Shown here in pieces: positions 22,401-37,384 of a DNA stretch of 64,000 bases; positions within the stretch are counted from its first letter, which is position 1; every line of letters starts with the position of its first letter. This stretch comes from Octopus sinensis (Eukaryota), in the NCBI RefSeq assembly GCF_006345805.1, contig NC_043005.1, positions 90,272,001-90,336,000 of the forward strand, read 5' to 3'. The notes below the pieces were generated by a model, which saw nothing but the letters and a program-made list of their open reading frames with translations, did not search any database and was not told the DNA's origin. A program made the position numbers and the translations under genes.

Positions 22401-25400
22401 ATGATGCCCCCCCCCACACATAATCCTACTTATCCACAATTTGTTTTATCATTTGGGTGTAATTAAGTGCTTTGAACCATAAGAACAACAGGTTTGAGGG
22501 TGAAGTGGTTACAGAGATGGTATAGCAGCTTCCATTTCGGTGTTGTCGGTCTAAGATTGTTAAAGATAGAATAACATTTTCATTTTTTTTTTTATAAACA
22601 CTTCTGTTTGTCTGTGAGAGGATATAGAATTACTAGTGGGATAGGAAATAACAGTAACAACGCCAAATTCTGAAGTCTCTGAGATTATTATTTTTACTAG
22701 TTTTGGCAATTCTTGGTAATGGTGGTCAGACTTGTTTTGTATTTGGTTCTGTTTATTTGTGTGTGAGTAAGTGTATATCTATATGTGGATGTATGTGCAT
22801 GTGTAGGTGTATATATACATGTATGGGTTTATCAAAGTGTGCTGATGACCTACATTGCTAGAAATAAGAGTTAAAATACTCTTAATGCTGTAGGAAGAGC
22901 ACAGATGTATGCACACATGCTGACGAGGGAGGTAGCCACCCCATGACTGACTCAAAAATCCCTGTCACGCTTAGTGACGATGGAATTTTTCCTTTATGGT
23001 ATTACATTGCACCTAACTCTTTATATTAATTTCATGTATGGGTATATGTACATGTGTGTGTATATATTTATTATTTCTTTATGGTCCACAAGGGGCTGAA
23101 CACAAAGGGGACAAACAAGAACAGACAAAGGGATTAAGTTGATTACATCAACTCCAGTGCATAACTGGTACTTAATTTATCGACCCCGAAAGGATGAAAG
23201 GCAAAGTCGACCTCGGCGGAATTTGAACTCAGAATGTAACGGAAGACGAAATACTGCTAATGATTCTGCCAGCTCGCCACCTTCTGCAGCTCGCCCATGT
23301 AGGTATATATTGATATTGCCCCACCATCACTTGACAACCGATGTTGGTGTGTTTATGTCCCCGTATCTTAGTGGTTCAGCAAAAGGAACTGATAGAGTAA
23401 GTACTAGGCTTACAAAAAATAAGTCATGGGGTTGATTTGTTCAACTAAAAGGCAATATATATATAATCTAATGACTGAAACAAGTAAAAGAAAGATATCA
23501 CATCCATGACCTTTGACTGGGCTACAGTAGGATTTGAACTCAGAATGCAAAGAGCTAAAACAAACACTACAAGGTACCCTGTCCAACATTCTTACACTTT
23601 TACCAATCCACTACCTTGGATTGGTACCCCTTTAAGGGTTAGGGCATGCAGCTCACAACTGTAAGGTCGTGAGTTCAATTCCTGGTGGTGCATTCTGTTC
23701 TTGAGCAAGACACTTTATTTCACATTGCTCCAATACACTCAGCTGGCAATAAATGAGTTGTACTTGCAATACAAAGGGTTGTTCTTGTCACATACTGAGA
23801 ACTCCATTAAAGGCATGCATGTCTGTGGAGCGCTCAGCCACCTGCACATTAATTTCACAAGCAAGCTGTTCTGGTGACTGGATCAACCATACCCCTGTTG
23901 TTGTAACCGATAGAGAGTCAGTATACTGACCCTGGAAATTTGAAAGGCAAAGTTGACCTAAGCAGGAGTTGAACTCAGACAATGACAGTCACAACAAATA
24001 CTAAAAGACATTTGGTCTGACGTTTTACGGTTCTGCCAATCCATTGCTCTGGGTGAGTACTTTTTTTTAATCAACCTGCTAAAGAATATTAGGTAAGGTG
24101 AACCTTGGCAGCATTTGAACCCAGAACACCTTGTGTCGCAACAACTACTGTGAGGTGTTCTAGCCAATTCTTCAACAACTCCGCCAATTCACTGCCTTAT
24201 ATTTGTAGCCCAGAACCATTGGCACATGTAGGCTTTTTAGGCAAAGGAAAAGACTGTTTCATGCATAACCTTTGTAATTTCAGTTCATAGGTAAATGAAA
24301 CATTGAAAATATGTAAGACTTTTCTAAGATATAGCATCAAACACTTTACTGTTTTTATTATCTGAATGCAAATGATGGGGCCCTGTTAATTAGAAACCTG
24401 CACCAGGGAAATTTAAAAGAATTAAAAAAGGAAGGGATCACACATACTCTCTTGTACATACACACATCATGCATCTATTGTTGTTTATACACATATCCAT
24501 TGAATTGGCCAAAACACATTCATGAAGGAAGTGTGTTGAATGTGTTATGCATGTTTATAGGTAAATATAGAATGAAATTCATACCATGGTTTCACACGGA
24601 TACTAGTAATATTCAGTGGGTAAGATACTGTGTACACACAGCCATGCATGCACACACACACACACACACACTCTCTCTGTCTCTCTCTCATACACATTCA
24701 CACGCACATACCATGTGTGTTAATTTGTATACACAAACATTGACTTGCCCAAAATACATTCATAAAGGAAGTGTGATGAGCCTGTTATGCATGTTTTGCA
24801 TTGTATACACTTATCTATCCATCCATACACACACACACATACACACACACACACACACATGTGCGCTCACACACACACACACATGCACGTGCGCGCACAC
24901 ACAAAAATGGTATCATATTTGTCAAGAAGCATTCAGAACATAACGATTATTCTATGGGTTCTTGGGTTGCTGGTGAATTATTGTTTAATAGAAAACTGAA
25001 GGAGAAATATTCAACATACCAACCAAAAACATGGTTATGGATGGAACTGAATCCTGAAAAATGAAGAATGGTGCCACAGTTGATTGATAGGTGTTTAATT
25101 TTATTGCTTTATCATATCATATTTTGAAGGTTACAGTCCAACAATCTCTAAGGTACCGAAATAGTGACAAAAGAAGTTCAGAATACAAGAGAATTAAAAA
25201 AAACAAAGATAGTCAAGTCCTTAGTTGTAACTGAAAATGCTGATTGTACAGTTTTTATGGATGATGATGGTGGTGGTGGTGGTTGTGGTGGAGATGGTGG
25301 TGGAGGTGGTGGTGGTGGTGGTGGTGGTGGTGGTGCTTATGCAGGTGCACGATCTCTATCTGTTCCCAAAATGGTATTAAGGTATTACCTTCCTAAAGCA

Positions 25401-25699
25401 GCTGATTGCCAAAATCATCAGAGCGTCAAATTACTTTGCAGCAATTGTTCCAGCTCTCCATGTTCTGAGTTCAAATCCATCCTAGGTCAACTTTACTTTT
25501 CATTGTTTACAAGTCAATAATTAAAATACTAGTTATCTCACTATAAATTAACATGTTTTTTAATAATTGGCATACTTAACCATACTTTTTGGGGTCAAAG
25601 TAAAAACAACCAAATAATTTGTTTTTTGCAAATTCAGTCAATGAAATCTTTTAAAAATTCCAATATGTAACTCCACATGGTGATTACTATTAATGATAG

Positions 25700-26085
25700 A
25701 GATCTTTTTTTTAATAGTTTTGTTAATGAGAGAGCTGTTAATAACAACTTTGTTAAAGATTGATTTTTGTTCATAACAGGGTTTTGATAAAAGGAGAACT
25801 CTGTTATCAAAGCATTTTGTTAATGTCAGAGCATTATTGGTTATAGAGTTTTGTTAATGAGATATCTTTAATAATGAGAGAGCTCCATTAATGATAGAAT
25901 TTTGTTTATGACAGTTTTGTTAATGAGAGAGCTCAATTAATGATAGAGTTTTGTTAATGGCAGAGTTTTGTTAATTTCATTAATAAGAGAGCTCTGTTAA
26001 TGAGAATTGTATCAATGAGAGAGCTCGATCGATGAAAGAGCTCCGTAAGTGAGAGAGCTCTGTTAATAATAGAACCTTACAAATG
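25700..26085 (+). repeat. Degenerate ~17-20-nt minisatellite (TAATGAGAGAGCTCTGT / TAATGATAGAGTTTTGT)
   Basis: Repeated TAATGA(G/T)AGAG motifs seen directly. Confidence 0.75.
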
Positions 26086-26233
26086 ATAGCTTTGTTTTTT
26101 TTTTATGTCTTAGGCAGAAGGGAAGACAGCAACCATAAGTTTATTTCTCCAAGACTTGTGCAGAAAAAGAAACTAGAACCTCATAGGTTGGTGCAGACAA
26201 AAGCAGAACAACTCCAAACAGCGCTGTCCTTAA

Positions 26234-26735
26234 CTCTTTAGAATTTAAACCAGTCATATCCAGCCTAAATATTCCGCCTCTTTTATGTTCAAGATGGCCA
26301 GATCCAACCTTTCACATCTACCCTACAATGTCATTCTAAAAAGCACCATCTGATCATGGCCATTTGCCAGCCTCCCCTGGCACCTGTGCCGGTGGCATGT
26401 AAAAAGCACCCACTACACTCACGGAGTGGTTGGCATTAGGAAGGGCATCCAGCCGTAGAAACACTGCCAGATCAGACTGGGCCTGGTACAGCCTTCTGGC
26501 TTCCCAGACCCCAGTTGAACCGTCCAACCCATGCTAGTATGGAGAGCGGATGTTAAATGGGCTTCCCAGACCCCAGTTGAACCGTCCAACCCATGCTAGT
26601 ATGGAGAGCGGATGTTAAATGATGATGATGATGTCATTGAAATCTTGAAGCTACAAGATAATAATGCATGATTAATTCAAAATAACACGAATAACTAAGC
26701 ATTATATTTGACTGTGTAATCAGAACAGTAAAGGG
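26234..26735 (+). mobile_element. piggyBac-like MITE with a nested family-B SINE (26341-26633)
   Basis: TTAA on both sides (26230-26233, 26736-26739); host matches 17050-17322 and is interrupted by a (GAT)n-tailed SINE. Confidence 0.7.
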
Positions 26736-27029
26736 TTAAACAGCAGGGATGCGTTTAGTTGAAAATTAAAGTGTTGAGTCAAACGGTGGGTGGGCTGAAG
26801 GAGGAAATGGATATGGCTGGGACACTGACCATTGGCCTGCTTTATCAAAGCTGTCTTGGCTAAACCACAAAATGTTTCCAGTGACGTATGAACGATGAGT
26901 GGGTTGCATTCATGTCTGACACATTTCTTGCTTTACTGTCTGTTAAGTTCTGACAGACATTCTTTTATTTGGCTTGAACCACCTCCGGGCATTCATGTTC
27001 AAATATTCTAGTAATATAGAGTGTACTAC

Positions 27030-27063
<34 letters not shown>

Positions 27064-27366
27064 TTGTGTATGCTCTTCTGGTTTTATTTTTCAAAGAGCC
27101 TGTCTCCAACCTAGAAACATTGGAATTTAGGCATCATCTACTTGGTAGTCATGCATGTGTGTGTGTGTGTGTGTGCATGTAGTACACACCCACAGACAAC
27201 GCACACACACACACACACATGCATGCATATATGTGTGTGTAACACTATCCAGTCAAGGTTAAAGCTTTACTTCGTGCTGCTCTTAGTTTCTTCAGCATGA
27301 CAAAATGTCCTCGCATTGGTGTATACAAATGAATATGAGTCTGTGTGTGCATCTATGTGTGTGTGC

Positions 27367-27407
<41 letters not shown>

Positions 27408-27705
27408 CATATATATAAAACAATATTTGAAGAAGACTGTAAACTGGTTGCCCATTCCTTTCAACGTGGCATTGCCTGAAAGCCAAAACTGAAATTAATT
27501 CTAGCAGAAAGGATGTTATTTTTCATTATTTATGCACAAAAGACTTTCACAATGAACACATCACATAAGCAAAACAAGGGGAGCCTCTCTATAGTCATTC
27601 AGTCTGCTAAAAATAGCAACCAGGTCTCCTTCATATCGCATCCTAGTCCTCTCTTACTCCTTTCATTACCATATTTCTATTGAAATGCACTGCTGTTGTT
27701 TCAAT

Positions 27706-28100
27706 GTGGCTGTGTGGTAAGAAGCTTGCTTACCAACCACATGGTTCCAAGTTCTGTCCTACTGCATGGCACCTTGAGCAAGTGTTTTCTACTATAGCCT
27801 CAGGCTGACCAAAGCCTTGTGAGTGGATTTGGTAAACGGAAACTGAAAGAAGCCCATCGTATATATATATGTGTGTTTGTGTGTGTGTGTGTGTGTGTTT
27901 ATATGTGTATATGTTTCTCCTCCTACCATTGCTTGACAACCAATGTTGGTGTGTTTACATCCCCGTAACTTAGTGGTTTGGCAAAAGAGACCAATAGAAT
28001 AAGTACTAGGCTTAGAAAGAATAAGTCCTGGGGTTGATTTGTTCGACTAAAGGCGGTGCTCCAGCATGGCCACAGTGAAATGACTGAAACAAGTAAAAGA
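27706..28100 (+). mobile_element. SINE family A copy
   Basis: Full match to the 4914-5330 consensus. Confidence 0.85.
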
Positions 28101-29430
28101 AAAGAATAAAAGTTTATTAGAATGATTTTGTCATTATTCAGCTGATGTTTAGAACAGAAATTATTATGGAAATTTCAATGGAAGGTTTTTAAGGAAGGTT
28201 TTACTTTAGATCATTTTAAAATGTGAAGTTTGTATTTTAGAATCAGGGACAACTTCAAGTATTAAAAAGGTTAAATGCCCCTGTACCATCATTGAATGAT
28301 GTAGTCTGTGACTTACTGGGATTAAATACAAATTGGTTGTGGCTGGGTTCTTTCTGAAAATATGTCTGCTTAAGCTTTGTGAACACACAACCTTGTTTCA
28401 GTTGTTTTTCAAAAATAATGAAGAATTTAGTAAAATAACCTCATCATTATTGAACTAGTGTCTGGAACTGATATCAATTGGAAATCTTTATGGAAGATTT
28501 TAGTTTAGATCACTTTGAAAAAGGGAATTTGTTTTAAATAAGTAGGGGTGGTCTCAAATGGGTTGGTATCTAAAAGGCTAGAGGCCTATTTAACCATTCA
28601 TATTTTTTTACATAAAGTTTGAAAATTTTAAAAAGAAAGTTGTTTTTATTTAGCCCAAGTTCAGCCTTGACCCAGCAGATCTATGATGAATGGCACTCCA
28701 GCCATGACCCATCCATCTGTTTAGAACTAAGATTACATCATTTATTGTGTCCTGTCCATATATAAGAAGGTAGGCTAATACAGGTATGCCAAATACCATA
28801 CAACATGAATTCTTGATTTATTAAAATTATCTCCACTTCTAGACAATGTATCATAATTGCCAAATGGTAATTAAGACTAATTCCATAGGATTCGTAGAAA
28901 CAATCTGAAGAATTCTCTGATGTTGACATGCCATTAAGGAAAAGCACAGGCTTATTGTTTGGGGACAAGAGGACAGTTGTGGGTACATGTTTCTGCCTCA
29001 ATATATGTCATCAACAGGACACTCTCTTACCTTATCTCCAGCAGCCAAAGGACACAGAAATGTAGACTGGATTAGTATCAGTCTGGTGCATTTTGAGGAG
29101 ATTTGGCTGTTATTTCTAACAGGTTGAATGACTACAACTACATAAAGACCCCCTTATTGGCTTGTGAAGTAATTTATGGAAAATCAAAGGAAGGGAGCAA
29201 CTAAAGAAGTTATAGTTTTCTGAGGTTGTCATTAGAAATTAGAAGCAATGTGGGTGGCAGACAGATGTCCATCCTTGTTTATGGAGAATGCCTGTCTGTA
29301 TATTATGACTAGCTTTGAAACTGGGAACTAAAGAAATGTCTAATGTCTTGTTTGACCAGAGATCAGAGTACTCTGTTCAGGACAATGTTTATAAAGTAAT
29401 TATATATTTTTGTATCTGTTTGTTTGGATA

Positions 29431-29462
<32 letters not shown>

Positions 29463-31462
29463 GCTCTCTCTCTCCTACCCTCTATGTCTTTCTGTCACAA
29501 TATTTCCATGTCTGTCTTCTCCCTTCCTTTCTCTGACTGCCTATGTGTCTTGTCTTAGACTCTGTGTGCATGTGTGTATCTCTCTACATATCTTGCGGGT
29601 GTGTGTGTCTTTCTCTTTATGTGTGTATGTTTGCAAAGCATATTTTCACTAGTGTGGTTCTGTGTACCCAATGGGTAGGGATGGAGGAATTTCATGTTTT
29701 TTTTTTTGTTTTTTTTTTTTAAATTCTTATTTTCTGAATTTTGACAAGTTTGTATGATGAGAGTTTGAAGGAGTGTCTAGTTGTTTATAAGCTTAACAAT
29801 GAAGCATGGTACATTTCTCTCTAGATAGATGGCCCAATTATTTACCCAAACATCTAAATTAGGTACCATTTACAATATAGATGCAGGCACAAACACACAC
29901 GTGTGTGTGTGTATATATATGTATATATATATATACTCACATATGTATATATATCATCGTTTAACATCCGTTTTCCATGCTAGCAAGGGATATATATATA
30001 TATACATGTATAAATATACACATAGACACACATATGACATATATTTATATACATACACGCATACATATACTTATATATACTAATATATATATATATCGTT
30101 TAGCGTCCGCTTTAAATGATATATATATATTAGTATATATAAGTATATGTATGCGTGTATGTATGTATATATATATACACACACACATGCATACTATCAT
30201 ATACACATATACTAATGTTAACACACATACACAGATGTGTGCACACATGCTTGTATAAACATTCCTGATGAAACAATGTTAACATTAATTACTAATTAGG
30301 CTGTGTAGAAAATTGTGGCTAATTGATTGAAGAGGTAGGTACATATAGATCCATGCAGGCATGCAGTCATACATAAATACATATGTACACACAGACACAC
30401 ACATTTATATATAAATACATACATGCAATATGCATATGAATATATTCTCATGCACACATACATGAACATAAGGACATAAATAGACACACACACACGCACA
30501 CATAGATATGCATACACGCAAACATGAAGACACACGCGTGAAGTAAAATTTGCCATTCTATACTAACATAACAATGAAAAATGGTTAGCATCCCTAGGAA
30601 ATTGCAGGATCAAAGACAAGAGCAACAATAACAACAACAATCAGTGCCTATAATGTAAAAAACAAAACCTGCGGAAACTAGTGGGGTTCTGTGTCAGCTA
30701 AACTTGTAGAGGGAAGTTAATTATTCGGATAAGTTTGTATGCCATGGGGAGAAGAGTCGGTCGTTTGGTGATTGACCTGTTAAGTGGAAAGAAAGGGAAG
30801 ATCTATGGAGGCAGAGGAAAGAGTGTGGAGTGTTTTACAGGATTGGATCGAGTTTTGGTCTTCCAATATTTTGGCTTCAAATCCTAACAGAATATATTTC
30901 TACTTTCTCTCTCTGTATGGTCCATAAGTACCAGTAATATGTTTGCATGTATAAGACGGCAAGCTGGCAGAAACGTTAGCATGCTGGGCGAAATATTTAG
31001 TGGTATTTCGTCTGTCTTTATTTTTAAAAAATTTCTTTATTGCTCACAGGGGGCTAAACATAGAGGGAACAAACAGGGACAGACAAAGGAATTAAGTCGA
31101 TTACATCGACTCCAGTGCATAACTGGTACTTAATTAATCGACCCCGAAAGGATGAAAAGCAAAGTTGACCTTAGCGGAGTTTGAGCTCAGAACATAACGG
31201 CAGACGAAATACCACTAAGCACTTCGCCCGGCGTGCTAACGATTCTGCTAGTTCGCTGCCCTTCATCTGTCTTTATGTTCTGAGTTCAAATTCCGCCGAG
31301 GTTGACTATGCCTTTCATCCTTTCAGGGTTGATAAATTAAGTACCAGTTGCATACTGGTGTCGATCTAATCAACTGGCCCCGTCCCCCAAAATTTCGGGC
31401 CTTCTGCCTAGGGTAGAAAAGAATATGTTTGCATGTATATCAACATGAATGGAAGAGTAAAC

Positions 31463-31557
<95 letters not shown>

Positions 31558-32132
31558 CATGTATGTACACACACACACACACTTTATCTTCATCATTGTT
31601 TAACATCTATTTCTCCATGCTTGAATAGATCAGATGGAATTTGTTGAGGTAGATTTTTCTATAGCCAGACAGCCTTCCTTCCACCAATCTTTATCTGCCT
31701 CCAAATAAGATAATACAGCCCCAAGTTCTTCAAATACAAACAGGCAAATTGGCCAGACATGTTTTCATGGAGACTTGCGAACAAATGACCCTGCTTGTAT
31801 AATTGTAATATTTGTTTACACTCAGTGTGGAATATCAAGACTCAGGGACATGAACACCCATGCTTACAGCTGCACATGCAAACACATACTTTGAAGGAGA
31901 TTTGGCTCCTATTTCTAGCAGGTGCATCTACAATACAGAGGCTCTTTCTCTCTCTCTCTCTCTCTCTCCCCTCCCTGCTCTCTTTTTCCCATTCTGTTGA
32001 AAGTATTGAATTGTTTAGAGAATAGAATGACAACCAAAATATGTTCGGCATATTTTCCCCCTCAGTCTTCTTTGGAATTGATTGAAGATGCTGGTGGTGG
32101 CCATAGCTAAGACAAGTTAAGAAGGAAGCTAC

Positions 32133-32387
32133 CTCATAGTCAAATCTTCCTGAAATACCACCTCTTCTCTTTGTTTCCAAAGTAGCAACCACAGTCTAGA
32201 AAACCAGAGCTGATTATGGAAACAAGCGATAGGGTATTGATTAGAATTTTTCTTGCTTTTTCCGTTATTTAAATTTCTGCATTTGCTGTAGATTATTGGC
32301 ATGCCTTTCAATGTAAACAAACTTGAGACAGAAGAACATTTACTTTTATCACATTTAGCCACAAGGTTTAAGGAAACATTCATAAAT
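32133..32387 (-). CDS. Candidate internal coding exon (255 nt, phase 2-2), uncharacterised protein
   Basis: Acceptor CTATTTCAG, open frame FMNVSL...YPIACFHNQLWFSRLWLLLWKQREEVVFQEDLTM, donor AG|GTAGCT (weak). Non-repetitive; no recognised family. Confidence 0.35.
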
Positions 32388-32692
32388 CTGAAATAGTTTT
32401 ATTTTCTCCACAAGGGAACTAAAACTGTGAGGAAACAAACTGGAGCTTTTTGATGTTAAATTTTCAACTGTCTTTTCATAGCAGTGTTTCACTGAGATAA
32501 GGGTTGGTATATAAAGACTAACTTATTGATGTCCATTAATACTTTCTCCTCTTAATAATATCCCATTTGAATTAAGTGGTTGCTAATTTGTCTCAAAAGT
32601 TCATTAGGTTCACACTGAAAGGTCAGTTTGTTACCATATGTGTGTGTGTACTCACACACACACATGAAATATAATTATGGTGGAGTGTATAT

Positions 32693-32745
<53 letters not shown>

Positions 32746-33041
32746 ATATATATGTGTGTGTATATATATATATATATATATAATATATATATATATACAC
32801 AGACACACACATACAATGCACTCACAAGATATATATATATGATGAGAGTGTGTATGTATACATACATACACATACATTTATATATCATAACCATTTTCAT
32901 CATCACCATTTTAATGTCTAATTTTCCATGCTTGAATGAGTCATATGGAAGTACTTTAGAATTTTCTCTGGCTAGATGTACTTAGGCCTTTCTGATCCAA
33001 CCCCACCACCACCTGTTTACATATATATATATATTACAAAT

Positions 33042-33081
<40 letters not shown>

Positions 33082-33119
33082 ATATGTATATATAAATGAC
33101 TATAGATGTGTCATCATCA

Positions 33120-33600
33120 TCATCATCATCATAGTTTAATGTCCACTCTCCATGCTGGCATGGGTTGGACAGTTTGACTGGGGACTGGTGAGCCAGATGG
33201 CTGCACCAGGCTCCAATCTGATCTGGCAGAGTTTCTACAGCTGGATGCCCTTCCTAATCCCAACAACTCTGAGAATGTAGTGGGTGCTTTTATGTGCCAT
33301 CGGCACCAGGGCCAGCCTGGCGGTACTGGCAACGGCCGCGCTCAAATAGTGTTTTTACATGTCACCTGCATGGGAGCTAGTCCAGTGGCACTGGCAACGA
33401 CCATGCTTGAACGTTGTTTTTCACATACTACTGGCACAAGTGCCAGTAAGGCAACGCTGTAACGATCATGGTCGAATGGTGCTTTTTACGTGCCATTGGC
33501 ACGGGGGCCAGTCAGCATCTCTGGCAATGATCACGCTCAGATGGTGCTCTTGGCGTTTCACTAGCACGGATGCCAGTCATGCGGTGCTGTCATCGAATGT
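33120..33600 (-). mobile_element. Family-B (GAT)n-tailed element, antisense, with several hairpin monomers
   Basis: Starts with (CAT)n; reverse complement of 44283-44812 type sequence. Confidence 0.7.
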
Positions 33601-35207
33601 ATATAAACACATCATCATCATCATCGTCGTTTATATACATATATACATATACACACACATACACACATATATATATATATAAGCATACATATACGTATGT
33701 ATGTATAAATATATATATATTAATATTTAGCAATTGTTTCTGCTATATATTTACACTCACACACACACACACACATATGATATACATACATATGCATACA
33801 TACAAGGCCCTCCCACACACACATATTTGGAAAACGTTCCCAATTTTTCTCTTTTTTGTTGTTGTTGTTGTTGTTGCATCCGACTCAGGCTTGGTAACCT
33901 AATACTTCGCTACTTAATGATTTGTGTTACTTCTTAAATCATTAATATTTTGTCTGTGAGTGGATAGCATGGAATGGTGTCAATTGCAGCTATTGTAATT
34001 GTAGTCACAATGACTGTGTAGAGGTGTGTGTATCCTTTGAAGATATCAAAGAGTGTTTTGGGTGGGGTTTCTAAGTAGGGTAGTGATTGAATGTTGTAGC
34101 TGGTATCTATGTTGGAATTGGGAAAGAGAATGAGTAATTTTGTGATGTCAGAGATGAGACTTCTTAGAAATTTTTGAGGGTGATAGGTACGAAGCTGTTA
34201 TTTTGGAATAAGAATAGCTCCCTAAACTCCCTTAAACTACATACTATTCATATAACTCTTTTTTGTTACTTTGTTGTTGCTTTTTCTTTCTTGAGCCATG
34301 CCTGGCTCATAATGGCTGGTTTCCCGGTTTCATTGGTACATAGGTTCCCCACCTGGATGGAACATCAGTTCATTGCAGGTGAGCTGCTAAATGCAGGAGG
34401 AAAGAGCGAAAGTTGTGGCAAAAGAGTCAGCAGAAGTTCACCATTACCTTCTGCTGGAACAAATAACAAAGAATTTACTAAAATAACCGTCATTACCAGT
34501 TTAATGTTAAGGTGGTGAGCTGGCAGAATTGTTAGCACACCAGCAAAATGCTCAGTGGCATTTCATCCCTCTTTGTTCTGAGTTCAAATTCCATTAAGCT
34601 TCATTTCGGGGTCGATAAAATAAGTACCAGTTGAATACTGGGGTCAATGTAATCAACTTACCCAGCCCCTGAAATTGATGGCCGTGTGCCAAAAATTGAA
34701 ATCATTATTATTCCAATGTTAAGGCAGTGAGCTGGCAGAATTGTTAGCATGCCGGATAAAATGCTTAACGGCATTTCATCCGTGTTTATGTTCCAAGTTC
34801 AAATTCTGTCAAGGTCGACTTTGCCTTTCATTCTTTCAGGGTCAATAAAATAAATACCATTCAAACAATCTAATCAATTTACCCCTCTCCCAAAACTGCT
34901 GGCCTTGTGCTAAAATTTGAAACCAATATTATTCTGATGTTTAGACTATAAACTAACATGGAAGTCTGCTGGAAGGATTTAATTTAAATCACTTTGAAAC
35001 TGAGAGTTTGTATCATAAAACCAGGGGCAGTCTGGGTTGGAATCGAAAGGGTTAAAGAGAAGGAAATACAGAGAAAGATTTGTTCTTTGAAAACAATTTC
35101 CCGTCAAAGCTGGGATGGTCATAGCTTGGACAATAAAAAGAATTCTACATAGAGCAGTCAATGTACTATGGTTTTCAATATATATATATATATATACACA
35201 TGCATAC

Positions 35208-35255
<48 letters not shown>

Positions 35256-36149
35256 GGGAAACCGCTATGTGGACACCCTCTAATATGTACATAATAGAAT
35301 TTTACTGAACCTTCAGTTTTTTATATGCTAAATCACTGGTTTGAAATTGATGTTAATTAAATTAATATCTAATTTCTCACCCTCATTTTAAATATATATA
35401 TATATAAATGCTGTTTCAACTATAACTATAACATTTATATATTTTTAAATTCATTTACACATTAATATCATAATTTCCAGAAATATCAAATTCACTTTTA
35501 ATTTGCTAAATTTTGTCAAATAACTAAATATATTTAACATTTGCTTTACATTGTTTTTGTCTTCAAGTGAAACATATGTTCTATAATTCAAACATGTTCA
35601 CATTTACTATTTTATAGTATTTGTTTTCACCTGTTTTTGTTTGTTTTTAAACTATATATTTCTTTATTCAGTTTGGTTTAGAGACATGCTTTATCTACAT
35701 ATTCTTTTAGAGCATTTTGTGAAGTCTATGGTAATTTCCTTCTTTCTTCTCACCCACACTTTGATAAAACTGAAGAGCAGTATAACTTCCTGGAAGTAAA
35801 TTACTGCCAAACAGGATGTTACATCCAGCCATAGGAGAGGATTTAGAAAGCTTTCCTGATGTGGACCACCTGCCAGAATATATAAAAACAGTGTGAAAAC
35901 AGCATCAGTAACAGCCCTGAAAATCGTGTGGAGCAGGCCTCTAACAAATCTTCCATTTCAATTTATGAGACTACCGCTTCCTGTCAATCTTTGCTTTGCC
36001 ATATTTATTAAGAAATGTCAAGGCCAATCTCTTAAAGTAGTTTGAACACTGCAATACCCTGTTTCTGTCATGCTTAAATCTCTGTAGTTTTTTCAACAGA
36101 AGGCTGTGGGAATAAGCTGCATAAATTAACCACTAAAATAGGATTAACT

Positions 36150-36540
36150 GAAATTGTTGTTTATAGCGAAGGATTATAATTAAAGCTTTAGTAATATTTG
36201 TCTAAAACATAGCCGCCAGACATCATACAAATCCAATTAAATTGCTATGTAATCATAGCTATAGAATTCAACCTTTCTTTTCTAATATTTGGTCTTATAA
36301 ACTTTCCAAATTCTTGCGGATTGATCCACATCCTTCTGGTTTTACAATTGTTGTTTATAGCAAAAGATAATGACAAAAGATTTAGTAATTTTTTTTCCTG
36401 AAATATACCCGCCAGAGGGTATACAGATCCAATTAAATTGCTGCTTAATCACAGCTATAGAATTCAACCATACTTTTCTAATATTTGGTTTCATGAATTT
36501 ACTAAATTCTACCAACAAAATTTCTGTGAAATGGTCCATA
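36150..36540. repeat. Two diverged tandem units with 195-bp period inside ~1.1 kb of non-microsatellite, possibly decayed coding sequence
   Basis: AATTGTTGTTTATAGC at 36151/36346 and ATAC..ATCCAATTAAATTGCT...ATAGAATTCAACC at 36226/36421. Confidence 0.75.
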
Positions 36541-37384
36541 TCCTTCAGGGTCTACAATTGCAACTGGGAACAATATATCAAACCAGCAGAGTTAATCATC
36601 TGTAATAAATTTTCACTGAACTTGCTTTACAATAGAGTTAAAGACCTTACCATTTCCTTTTGTTCCTTGGAATTTAGTCAAGGATAACATTGCTCTGCTC
36701 TGAGAGCAGTTGGGTTTATGATTAGAAATGTGAGCCGTTTCTTTTCTTTTATTCTTTCTTTTGTTTATTTATTCTATCTTACTTTTAGTGTCCATTGCAA
36801 AGCTTCACTTAGCATCTGTTCTTGCCACTAGTGTCATGTGATTGGTTGATTTCCTTGCTATCCACTGACAGTTTTGGCCTCTTTAAATGTCCATACTCAC
36901 ATATCATACATGCTTCCCTCTTGTCAGTCCAATTATATATTTCTCAGGAAAAGTGATTTATATGGATGAGAACCTAAGAGTTAAATACCACTGTAAGATT
37001 TTAACCTATGATTTAATGCATATTTTGAAGTGAGTAACGCTGATGTTTTTGACAGATAGGATTTTGTCTTAGCAAAATACAGAATACTGAAAGGGGAGGA
37101 CATGAAAGCAAAATAGAAAACTGGTTGGCATTCATTCTGTGGTCAAAGCTCTTAGCCCTCAATGGTCTAATACACTTAACCTATAACACCTACATAGTCA
37201 ATACACACACACACACACATGCACGCACACACACACACACACACAATAGAAATGTACTTATCGATATTTTTCACATTGTTTAATAGGAAGGTGTATACTT
37301 AATGTTAAAAAATTAGGTTTTCTTTATATATGTATATGTGTATATGTGTGTGTGTGTGTGTGTATATGTATATACATATATACC

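Noticed and set aside
22840-22950. Two CTGA(T/C)GA boxes with nearby hairpins
   Set aside because: The first lacks the U-H cleavage triplet in register and helix I; the second has no GAAA after helix II. Not hammerheads.
29312-29394. Possible plus-strand exon (LKLGTKEMSNVLFDQRSEYSVQDNVYK)
   Set aside because: Short, unremarkable splice sites, no homology recognised; expected by chance in 64 kb.
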